Assembly: GCA_963760615.1 (NCBI GenBank)
Contig: CAVXDX010000007.1
Coordinates: 1 to 64,000, forward strand
Direction: 5' to 3'
Origin: an uncultured Candidatus Micrarchaeota archaeon
GTDB lineage: Archaea > Micrarchaeota > Micrarchaeia > Burarchaeales > Fermentimicrarchaeaceae
DNA: 64,000 bases
A program made the translations under genes and the position numbers. The notes below the pieces were generated by a model, which ran no database searches, was not told the origin of the DNA, and saw nothing but the letters and a program-made list of their open reading frames with translations. Positions 28,241-36,812 of this stretch are shown one piece after another. The first letter of the stretch is position 1. Each line of letters opens with the position of its first letter.

Positions 28241-30219
28241 TTTATGACTTTATAAATTCGAACCTCTCCAGTTTCCTTAACAAGAGTCAGGTAGGGTATG
28301 CTTGAGTTTTCATACATGAGATTGAAAAACACCCTGTTCTTAATGTCTTTGGGAATTCTTACGGCAGTATCTGAGAATATGAATATGTAATCGTCATTGA
28401 ACTCCGCTCCGGGCACGTTGGCAGTGAAATACTGAGTTTTGGAAAGCTCTTGGTTGGATACCCCTACTTCCCGGTAGTATGTCTTGCTTCCGCTGTAGTC
28501 CTCATCCCAGGCAACCCTGGACACAGGGTCAAAGTAGGTTTTGAACTTGCCGCTGAATTGGAGCCTGTATAAGGCGCCTTGGCTCACAGGAGTAGCCATC
28601 TGGAAGCCAATCGTCTCATTGAGGAACGTTCCTGCGGTGTATATCTTAAGAAGAGTACCTCTGCTGACTATGACATAGCTGACGTTGTACTTCTCCAGCA
28701 CGCTCCTTGCCCTGTCTAAGTCTGTTGTTCCGAAGAATATCATTGAATCATCAAACCTTCCTGGGGCCTGGTTGTTCACAACCGTCTTCCTCTCGGCAAT
28801 TCCGTTCACCCACTGTGAGTAGTCCCACCAGCTGAGCACAACATCATCTGCTTTTGAGTTGTTTTTCAGCCACTGGAGAGAGTTGTACCAGTCGTCAGAT
28901 ACGGAGAATGTCATTGTTGGAAGGATGTACAGCATGGGCTGGGTGAAGAGCAATGCGGAGATGAGCATGAGAGGTATGAAAGCATCCTTTTTCACTGCCT
29001 TGTTTATGAGCTCAAAGAGCCTGCCGAGTAGGTATGCAGAGAAAATTGAAGCGAAGATGCCGAAGTACTGTATGAATCTTATGGCAGAAGAAGCAAGGAA
29101 TGCGAAAAATATGGTGCAAATTGCAAAAAAGATAAGGTGTCTCTTCAACTGCTTAATTGATGCGGCGAACAAGCCCAGCCCAAGGAGGAAGGGAAGAAGT
29201 TGCACTCCGTATAACTGGGAGAACTGACCCAAGTCAGGGGTTTTCAGCTCTGCAACATATTCAAGGTAGACTCCCCTATCTTTAAGACCGAGGTAAACCA
29301 GTCCGGTGTCTACTATGTTCCACCTGAATAGGTAGAACAGGGGCAGGGAGCAGATTATAATCCCTGCGAGGACAAGGGTGGCTCGGCCACTTTTCTCGAA
29401 TCTTACCGCAATATAGGAGAATGCTGCGGATGCCAGCTCAAGCGCTAGGAGAGGCAGTATGTCAAACCCGTACCACAATGACGCAATTCCTGTAGAAATA
29501 ACTGATAACAGTAGGAAGCCTACCACCATATTCCTGTCCAACAGCTTCAGACGTGGGTTCAGCAACGCGCAGAGAATCATGAACCCTGAAAGCGGTATAA
29601 CAAGCATTGGGAAGCCCGCCCATGTAAGGGCGAACAGACCCACTGAAACCCCTGCAAGTGCGTAGTAGAGCAGATTCATTGTTGAAAGCTTACCTGTTCT
29701 AGCTTGCTCACCACCTGGCAGTTCAGCTAGGTTAGCGGCTTCTTCTCTCTTTATTGCTTTTACAAAGAAGAACATTGTTGATGAGATGAAAACGTAATCC
29801 AATGCATCGTGGTCGGAGAAGCCGAATGAAGTCATGGCTTTGAAAACAGGCAGCACGGAGAGGAGCAGGGCTGCGAGAATTGCGGTCCTCTCATCAAAAA
29901 CCTCCCTCACAAACAGGAAAACAAATATCAGAGCAAGAAGGCCTGCAAGTGGAGGATATATTTGGGATACGCTCATGACATTTAAGCCTGGTATGCGCGC
30001 TACAAAGGCAATAATATAGTGCAGAAGAGGGGGGTAGACTATCCTCTCCCCCATGTTCGACAGCGAGTCAAACGATGGTCTGACACCCTGCTCAAATGTG
30101 TATTCCGCAAGCCTGTAGTGGTACCAGCTGTCAAAATCTCTCAGGTAAGGGACAGCTGGAGTTGTGAATACGGTTATGACAAGTATGAGGAAGATTGCCA
30201 CAAGCAGTTCCTTTTCCAT
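28237..30219 (-). CDS. aglB: STT3/AglB-like oligosaccharyltransferase (island paralog)
   Basis: DFDSWYHYR, YPP, DHD, VAEL, SWWDYSQW; about 13 TMs plus a C-terminal domain. Confidence 0.8.
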   Translation of the reverse strand: MEKELLVAIFLILVITVFTTPAVPYLRDFDSWYHYRLAEYTFEQGVRPSFDSLSNMGERIVYPPLLHYIIAFVARIPGLNVMSVSQIYPPLAGLLALIFVFLFVREVFDERTAILAALLLSVLPVFKAMTSFGFSDHDALDYVFISSTMFFFVKAIKREEAANLAELPGGEQARTGKLSTMNLLYYALAGVSVGLFALTWAGFPMLVIPLSGFMILCALLNPRLKLLDRNMVVGFLLLSVISTGIASLWYGFDILPLLALELASAAFSYIAVRFEKSGRATLVLAGIIICSLPLFYLFRWNIVDTGLVYLGLKDRGVYLEYVAELKTPDLGQFSQLYGVQLLPFLLGLGLFAASIKQLKRHLIFFAICTIFFAFLASSAIRFIQYFGIFASIFSAYLLGRLFELINKAVKKDAFIPLMLISALLFTQPMLYILPTMTFSVSDDWYNSLQWLKNNSKADDVVLSWWDYSQWVNGIAERKTVVNNQAPGRFDDSMIFFGTTDLDRARSVLEKYNVSYVIVSRGTLLKIYTAGTFLNETIGFQMATPVSQGALYRLQFSGKFKTYFDPVSRVAWDEDYSGSKTYYREVGVSNQELSKTQYFTANVPGAEFNDDYIFIFSDTAVRIPKDIKNRVFFNLMYENSSIPYLTLVKETGEVRIYKVIK

Positions 30220-30373
30220 TTGCACACCAATCTACCAGAGAGATTTGTTATGCTATGATAAATGCCGATATATTATTAAAAGATTATTTGATTTTGAATT
30301 GCTGAGAGAGTTCTTCTACTATGCCTAAAACTCTTATGCGCTGATAATGTTTTTTGTAGATAATCGACTGGAA

Positions 30374-31045
30374 CTACTTTTTACCGTATACTGCATACTG
30401 CCCACCAAGTGGAACCCTCTTCAAATACCTCTCAAGTGGGTTGAGACTTGAAAGAAATTTTGGGAAGAAAATAATATACTCGACTTGCACATCCGCCAGT
30501 CCATTACCTTTGAATAGATTCTTGAGGTAGTTTGACGAGAGTAAATTGACATCCGTGTCTATGGGACATCTGTTGACCATGTATCTGGTTACTGGGTTGC
30601 GGGGGTTATGTTCGAAGAATATCAGCATGCCCCCTCTTTTTGCAAGCCTTTTCGCTTCTTTTATTGCATTGTTGTGCTTATCTTTAGGTATATGATGCAG
30701 TAAACAACTTGAGAATACGACATCGAAGGAGTTGCTTGGAAGTTTTGTCTTTAAAGCGTCACCCAGAATGAAGCTGCAGTTTTTCAGCTTCTTCGAATTG
30801 GCTTGTTTAATGACCACGGGAGATATATCAAGCCCATACAGTTTTTTAAAACTGTCAAACAACATCTCTTCGGCTTTGCCGGTGCCGCATCCCAAATCCA
30901 AGAACGAAAGTTTTTTGGGATCTGCAAGTCTTCCTATTATACCAAGAATCTTATCTGTCTTCATCTTAATGTAATAACCATAGTTTTCCCCTAGCAACTC
31001 CTCATATCTCTCGAAAAGTCTATCATTGGAGTCTTGGTTTACCAT
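30374..31045 (-). CDS. Class I SAM-dependent methyltransferase
   Basis: LDLGCGTG, GLDIS, LLHHI, FEHNPRNP. Confidence 0.9.
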   Translation of the reverse strand: MVNQDSNDRLFERYEELLGENYGYYIKMKTDKILGIIGRLADPKKLSFLDLGCGTGKAEEMLFDSFKKLYGLDISPVVIKQANSKKLKNCSFILGDALKTKLPSNSFDVVFSSCLLHHIPKDKHNNAIKEAKRLAKRGGMLIFFEHNPRNPVTRYMVNRCPIDTDVNLLSSNYLKNLFKGNGLADVQVEYIIFFPKFLSSLNPLERYLKRVPLGGQYAVYGKK

Positions 31046-31094
31046 GGTGGTACACTCACACCGCTAAAGCTTGCGGGTTTCTCGCTCGCTTCTG

Positions 31095-32819
31095 CTAACC
31101 GCAGTTGATGCGGTACAGGTTGTATGCTCCATCTGAAGTCACATTCTCATATGGACTGGACAGAGTCTTGTTGGACACAATGTAGTCTGCTTTGATGCCT
31201 GAGTGGCATATATCGAAGCTATTCAGTGGGTAGAGCATTAGGCGGCTTTTGCTCCAGAAGGTGATGGGGAACCAAACAAAGTTTTGGGTGTCATCCAGCC
31301 TCTTTGAGTCAAAAAGAGTCAATGTGTCTGCGGAGGCGTAATTCTGCAGATACCTCGCTACGCGGTATTGGTTCTCCCTATCACTTGCTTGCGGGTACAT
31401 CCATAGGAAGGTGAAGGAACTTATCAGCAGCGAGACAAGTATTATGAATACCAGCAGGGTTTTTGTGAATACCTCATTCCTCGGCATGAGGAGAATGAAT
31501 AAGAAAATTGACAGGCTTGCAATGGTGAAGAATAGCGGGGAAAAAGTGAATACTGCCAGATAGGCTGCAGCGAGCAGATTGGCCAGAGAAAAGTTCGTAG
31601 TGTAGGGGAAAGTGTATACAAAGGTGAATAGGACTAGGAGGTATAGACCGGTCAGCAAGTAAGAGTCTGCTGTGAAGGCTGGTTTACGCTCCTTGTTTTT
31701 CTGGAATTGGTAAATCCCTACTACGCCCATTATGAAAAGAGGGGCAACTAGCGGATCAAGATACCTGCCAAAGAGGTAGTAGTTATCATTTCCAAGCAAG
31801 ACTGCAGCGTACATATGAACTGTTGTTATAAACGTTGTAAGAATTGAGGAGATGATGGTGTAGGAGATGAACAGCAAGTATTCACTGCTATTTGCCAAGG
31901 AGTGCCACTTGTAGATGGAGTATGAGGCAAAAATAAAGAATGCGAAGTAGGTTGTAAGAATCAGATAGTCTGTTTCATGGATGAACAAATTTAGAAAGGT
32001 GGTAAATGAGGTTATGTTGCTGAACGCAGAACTCATGTGTTTTACATAAAATGGTATATTATAGCTTGACACATCAGAAAACTCTTTTATGGAGAGCTGC
32101 GGAACTGCATTGCTTGTTTTATAGTAGTACCAAACAGAGAAAGGCAGGAGGAATGAAAGCAGCATGACGCCTCCACTCCTGAGAACACTGGAATATCTAC
32201 TGTCTTTTGAGAGTTTAATCTTGTAGATTAGAGCCAGCACAAGCCCAGGCAGAAATGCAGCTCCAATGGAGCGCGTAAGGAGAAGCAAGAACAGTGAGAA
32301 GCCTGAAAGAAAATCAAAAAGCAGGCTTTTTCTGCTTATGGATTCAAGCAGGAACCAGGCGGAGAAGAGGAAGAGAGGGGAGAAGAGGTTCTCACTCAAG
32401 ATAAGCGGGAAGTAGACCACTATGGATGGGAGGCAAGAAGCTGCAAGGGAGAAGTACAGCGCCTCTTCCTCATGAATAAATTTCTTAAGTATGAAAAACG
32501 CTGGGAATATTATGGATGAACTCAATATGCAGTTAATAATCAGCATTAGATGGTAGACTCTCTCTGCATCTGCAGATACACTTGCTAGGGATAGGAAGAG
32601 AGGATAGCCCGAAGGGTATATCTGCGCGTACTGTATGTCACTCGTGAATTTCCCAACGGCTATGTTCTTTGCTATGTCGTTGTAGACTGCCTCATCTGGC
32701 AGGACGCTCGGGTTTACAATTTTTAATGCGAAGTAGGATTTTACGAGAACCATCAAAATGAATAGCAGAACAACCACGTATAGAGTTTTTGAGCTGCTTT
32801 TGCGGTGGGGCATAGTCAT
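31095..32819 (-). CDS. GT-C (family 39-like) membrane glycosyltransferase
   Basis: LPDEAVY, YPSGYP, SENLF, GRYLDP; start placed at ATG 32819, since the ORF-track extension overlaps the divergent GT2. Confidence 0.75.
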   Translation of the reverse strand: MTMPHRKSSSKTLYVVVLLFILMVLVKSYFALKIVNPSVLPDEAVYNDIAKNIAVGKFTSDIQYAQIYPSGYPLFLSLASVSADAERVYHLMLIINCILSSSIIFPAFFILKKFIHEEEALYFSLAASCLPSIVVYFPLILSENLFSPLFLFSAWFLLESISRKSLLFDFLSGFSLFLLLLTRSIGAAFLPGLVLALIYKIKLSKDSRYSSVLRSGGVMLLSFLLPFSVWYYYKTSNAVPQLSIKEFSDVSSYNIPFYVKHMSSAFSNITSFTTFLNLFIHETDYLILTTYFAFFIFASYSIYKWHSLANSSEYLLFISYTIISSILTTFITTVHMYAAVLLGNDNYYLFGRYLDPLVAPLFIMGVVGIYQFQKNKERKPAFTADSYLLTGLYLLVLFTFVYTFPYTTNFSLANLLAAAYLAVFTFSPLFFTIASLSIFLFILLMPRNEVFTKTLLVFIILVSLLISSFTFLWMYPQASDRENQYRVARYLQNYASADTLTLFDSKRLDDTQNFVWFPITFWSKSRLMLYPLNSFDICHSGIKADYIVSNKTLSSPYENVTSDGAYNLYRINCG

Positions 32820-32874
32820 CCATCTATTCTTTGGTAGACATAAGGTTTTAATTTGTGGAGGTGGGTATAATAAC

Positions 32875-33819
32875 GTGAAACTGGCAATAGTCATACCCGC
32901 GTATAATGAAGAGAGGACAATAGGTAAGGTTATCCGCGAGATACCCCGCCAGATAAAAGGGATTGGAAGCATTGGGGTTATTGTTGTAGATGATGGCTCC
33001 GCTGACAGGACTGTTTCTGAGACATTGAAGGCAGGGGCGGATAGGGTTATAAAGCATAAAATGAATCTGGGGTTGGCGGCTTCTTTCAGGGATGGGCTGG
33101 ACGCAGCTTTGGAGGATGGAGCGGATATCATAGTGAATACTGACGCGGACCTTCAGTACAACCAGAAGGAAATTCCAAAATTGATAAAACCGATATTGGA
33201 TGGAGAGGCGGATTTCGTTCTTGGGTACAGGGACGTCTGGAATCTGAAGCATATGCCCATTGGCAAAAAAATAGGTAATACGCTTGCGACTGCATTAATT
33301 AGCTCTCTGGTCGGCTTCAGAATAAAAGATGCACAGAGCGGCTTCAGGGCTTTTTCGAGAGAAGCTGCTTTGCAGGTGAATATTCTTTCTGATTATACCT
33401 ATGTGCAAGAGACAATCATGCAGCTGATATTCAAGAGGAATAAGGTAGCCCAGGTACCCTGCGAGTTTAGGGCAAGAGAAGGGGAAAGCAGGTTGATAAG
33501 CAATATCTGGTCTTATGCAAAGAGAGCCGGGCTGACAATCCTACGCACCTATGTTTATTACAAGCCGCTGAGAACTTTCCTGTCGGTTGGGCTGGTTTTG
33601 ATTCTGCTCGGGCTGATTGCAGGGTTGAGGGTTCTAATCCATTTCTTGACAACGGGCCTTGTAAGTCCGTACATCCCATCCGCAATTCTTAGTGCAGTTT
33701 TGTTGATAGTGGGATTTCAGGTTGCGATGATGGGATTAATTGCAGATTCTATTAATGCAAATAGAAGGACTCTTGAGAGAATGCTTTATCTGGTTAAAAA
33801 GCAAGGCAAGCGAGTTTAG
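32875..33819 (+). CDS. GT2 (DPM1-like) with two C-terminal TMs
   Basis: IPAYNE, DDGSAD, DAD, DAQSGFRAF; GTG 32875 with upstream GGAGGTG. Confidence 0.9.
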   Translation: MKLAIVIPAYNEERTIGKVIREIPRQIKGIGSIGVIVVDDGSADRTVSETLKAGADRVIKHKMNLGLAASFRDGLDAALEDGADIIVNTDADLQYNQKEIPKLIKPILDGEADFVLGYRDVWNLKHMPIGKKIGNTLATALISSLVGFRIKDAQSGFRAFSREAALQVNILSDYTYVQETIMQLIFKRNKVAQVPCEFRAREGESRLISNIWSYAKRAGLTILRTYVYYKPLRTFLSVGLVLILLGLIAGLRVLIHFLTTGLVSPYIPSAILSAVLLIVGFQVAMMGLIADSINANRRTLERMLYLVKKQGKRV

Positions 33820-33822
33820 GGT

Positions 33823-34911
33823 TTGCGTATGCTCCAGGTTATAGTCGGCACAAAGGGGCAGCTTATCAAGATGGCGCCAGTAATGAAAGAGATGGATAGG
33901 GCAGGGTTAGAGTATAATTTCATAAATGCTTCGCAGCACGGAAGAATTTTGGAGGATATTGCTTCACTTTTCAAACTCAGAAAGTATGACTATGAGTTCT
34001 ACGGTTTTGGGAGGGACATAACCAAAAGCAGCGAGCTGGTCTATTGGTTGTTTTTGAATACTGTGAAAAATAGTTTCGGCGGAAAGATATTCAAAAAAGG
34101 TGATTGGGTTGTACTACATGGTGACGCACCACCGGCTCTTTTGGGATTGATGATTGCCAAAGTCAGAGGACTTAGAACGATGCATGTGGAAGCTGGGGAG
34201 CGCACATATAGATTAAGAGACCCATTTCCCGAGGAATTTATCCGGAGAGTAGTGGATAGGTATTCAGATTATTTATTTGCGCTTTCAGACAGGACTTATA
34301 TGAATTTGAAGAAGGAGGGGATCAGGGGGAAGGTGTGGAAGATTAGGATGAATACTATTTTGGATTCCGTCAGAATGGCAGTTAAGAAGGGCGGGAATGT
34401 TTCCCCTCCGTCAGAAAAATATGTTCTCTCATCCATTCACCGGTTTGAAACAATATCTGATCGCACCCGGTTGGGGAGGATAGTTGATACGGTTGACAGG
34501 GCGTCTAGAAACTTAAAAGTTGTTTTTCCACTTCACGAATCTACTAGGAGGCAACTTGAAGCGAAGAATTTAATGAGCAGGTTAAAACATAATAAGAATG
34601 TGGTTATTATGCCTCTGCTTGACTACTTTTCTTTTATTGAGCACATAAACAAAGCGCAGTATGTCATAACTGACGGTGGAGGACCACAGCAGGAGACATA
34701 TCTCCTCGGTAAGCCTTGCTTGCTGATGAGGGAGATTACTGAACGCCCGGGATATGCGAATACATACACTGCCGGGTTTGACTTGAAGAAGATTGATCAT
34801 TTTATTAAAAATTATGATGAATACAGAGGCCCCAATATTGTAAAGGAATTTGAAGGTTACAGTCCATCAAAGCATATTGTAAGAATTATGCGCGAAAACA
34901 TAGAGCCCTGA
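33823..34911 (+). CDS. wecB: UDP-N-acetylglucosamine 2-epimerase-like
   Basis: GTKGQLIKMAP, HGD, HVEAG, PFPEE, HR, TDGGG.QQE. Confidence 0.8.
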   Translation: MRMLQVIVGTKGQLIKMAPVMKEMDRAGLEYNFINASQHGRILEDIASLFKLRKYDYEFYGFGRDITKSSELVYWLFLNTVKNSFGGKIFKKGDWVVLHGDAPPALLGLMIAKVRGLRTMHVEAGERTYRLRDPFPEEFIRRVVDRYSDYLFALSDRTYMNLKKEGIRGKVWKIRMNTILDSVRMAVKKGGNVSPPSEKYVLSSIHRFETISDRTRLGRIVDTVDRASRNLKVVFPLHESTRRQLEAKNLMSRLKHNKNVVIMPLLDYFSFIEHINKAQYVITDGGGPQQETYLLGKPCLLMREITERPGYANTYTAGFDLKKIDHFIKNYDEYRGPNIVKEFEGYSPSKHIVRIMRENIEP

Positions 34912-34912
34912 C

Positions 34913-35623
34913 TCAGTCAGTTTTCTCTGCCAGAATTGCAATTCTTCTTCTCATTATGGGCAGAATCAAGAGGGCTCGTTCAAAAGTTCTGAAAATCGGT
35001 ACATGGGACTCGGTGTAATAGCTTTTTTTAATTATGAAGTGCCTCTTGGTCAGCTCGTTTATTAGACGGCTCATTGTTTTGTAATCTACATGGCCTGCAT
35101 TCTTTTTGAGGATTATATTGTTGTTTTTTAGAATCTCGAATATGTGACCTGGGTCAGGTGTCCAGATAATGAGTTTGCCTCCTTTTTTGAGTAGCCTCCT
35201 ACATTCGTCCAAAACTCGCTCAGATTGTTTTGGGTATAGGTGCTCGAATAAATCAGCAGAAACAATAGCGTCATATGCGCCTGACTTCAAACCGGTATGC
35301 TGGGCATCAGCCCATACGAAATTTACATTCTTGTACCCGTAATTCTTTATGAGCCTTTTGCAAAGTGCTATGCTTTTTTTGCTAAAATCTACCCCTGTTA
35401 TTTCCTTGCATAGTGGAGCAAAGGCAATGCAGAACGTCCCCCAGCCGCAGCCCAAGTCCACCATTGTCTCATCCGGTTTGGGAGTGTATATTTGCAACAC
35501 TTTCTGAACGCGATACTTCTGGAAGATACTGTTCATGTTTGTAAAAGGGAGGTACTGCTTCTCATCAGTGTATATCTCATTGTAGTATTCTGCACCAATT
35601 TCTCTTTTACTGGAGTCTTTCAT
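34913..35623 (-). CDS. Class I SAM-dependent methyltransferase
   Basis: VDLGCGWG, GVDFS, DLFEHL; ATG 35623 behind GAGGTG. Confidence 0.9.
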   Translation of the reverse strand: MKDSSKREIGAEYYNEIYTDEKQYLPFTNMNSIFQKYRVQKVLQIYTPKPDETMVDLGCGWGTFCIAFAPLCKEITGVDFSKKSIALCKRLIKNYGYKNVNFVWADAQHTGLKSGAYDAIVSADLFEHLYPKQSERVLDECRRLLKKGGKLIIWTPDPGHIFEILKNNNIILKKNAGHVDYKTMSRLINELTKRHFIIKKSYYTESHVPIFRTFERALLILPIMRRRIAILAEKTD

Positions 35624-35708
35624 GCGAAACACCTCATTGAATCTTTCCTGTTTATGGAATTATTTTAATTCTAAATTGTAAAATTAATGATAAAGTTGCC
35701 TTCTAAAA

Positions 35709-36754
35709 TTATCTTAGGCTAAACTTCAGAATGCCCGCTATGCCGGAGAGACCCGTGAGCTGCTTGCCCGCCTCGCTCTCTGAGCTGAATAGAAATATTT
35801 CTGCCTTCATTTTTTCTGCGTCATCCAGAAGTTTCTCAACTGACCTGTCTTTCCTGAGAAGCTCATCCACCACAAGAAGTTTTCCAAGGGCCCTGTAGTC
35901 AATTGCCTTGCGCACCTCCTCAGCCCCATAAACTGCAAGCCCGCTCTCCTTTGATATTTCTGTGAGCAAGCTCTGCAGAAGGGAGAACTCCTCCTCCACC
36001 TTTTGCTCGCTTGCAATTTTTGAGAGCACTCCTCTTTTGAGCAGCTCGTATACACCGCTCTCTTCCGCTGTGCTGCACGACTCGAAGTAAAGCTTCTTGG
36101 ATAGCTCCTCATCCCTCTCCGAGATGAACTTCTTAAGGTTATCCTTTGCGAAGCCGGGACCGGCTATGACGATTCTGTTAACCTTCATGCTCGTGAGCTG
36201 CTTCATTATATCCCCGAAGAACTGGCTCCTCCTCTCCTCAAATTTCTCATCGCCCTTTGATGCGTGGTTCCTCAGTTCAGGGACCAAATTCAACTCCATA
36301 TTCCCTTATTAGTGCAAAGAGAGCCTTGCCCTCATCAATGACGAGCATTCCTATGAGGGGCTTCTTGGAGCTCTCCCTTGCTTTCTTAATTCTCTGCAAC
36401 TGGTATTCCTTCCACTGCTTCGTTATCTCAACAGGCTTCTGTAGCTCAACGTCTATAGTGTGGTGCCTCCCAAGCTGGATGTACTCCTCAGGCCCCTCCG
36501 CCTATTATCTTTCCGGTTACCCTCAGCTTGCTGGCGGACTTGCTGAAGTCTATCTTCTCAGCCTGCAGCTCTATGCGAACCTTCTTCCTCTCACCCTCCT
36601 CGCCTTCCTTCTCGGATGCCTTGAAAACCCGCGTGGAGGATGATGAAACGATATCGCCGGGCTCCAGAACCCTCTCGAGATGCCAGAGGTCTTCCAACAC
36701 CTCCGGTACTAGTTTCATCCTTCCTTCCTTTCTGTCGAAGCCTAAAACTTTCAT
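35709..36754 (-). CDS. pelA: Pelota (ribosome rescue factor), interrupted by two +1 frameshifts near 36493 and 36282
   Basis: EDLWHL, T-R, LRVTGKI; stop-free middle frame PEEYIQLGRHHTIDV...DEG...YGV; AGPGF.K, G..YG..EV, LLVVDELL, GIAGIL. Repaired length 347 aa. Confidence 0.92.
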
Positions 36755-36812
36755 GAGAGAGTTAGGGATAAAGGATTATTAAAAACAATAGCCAAATTAT
36801 AATTGATTCATT
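36755..36812. promoter_or_regulatory. Putative bidirectional promoter region for pelota and ABCE1
   Basis: 58-bp AT-rich divergent spacer with a TATA-like TTATTAAA about 30 nt upstream of ATG 36813. Confidence 0.5.

Larger units (their letters stand above)
2595..35632. other. Surface glycosylation / glycan-modification genomic island
   Basis: About 26 consecutive genes, nearly all glycan-related, between rfcS and pelota. AT-rich core (spot count 19/60 G+C at 16201-16260 vs 35/60 at 37441-37500), strand switches and relic gene ends. Confidence 0.9.

Noticed and set aside
30284-30373. 29-codon open frame after the MTase stop, a candidate gene relic
   Set aside because: No recognisable similarity to any protein in the window or any family I know.
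2595-35632. Provirus or integrative element interpretation of the island
   Set aside because: No integrase, capsid, packaging or replication genes, and no repeat bracketing the whole island; only internal scars were found.
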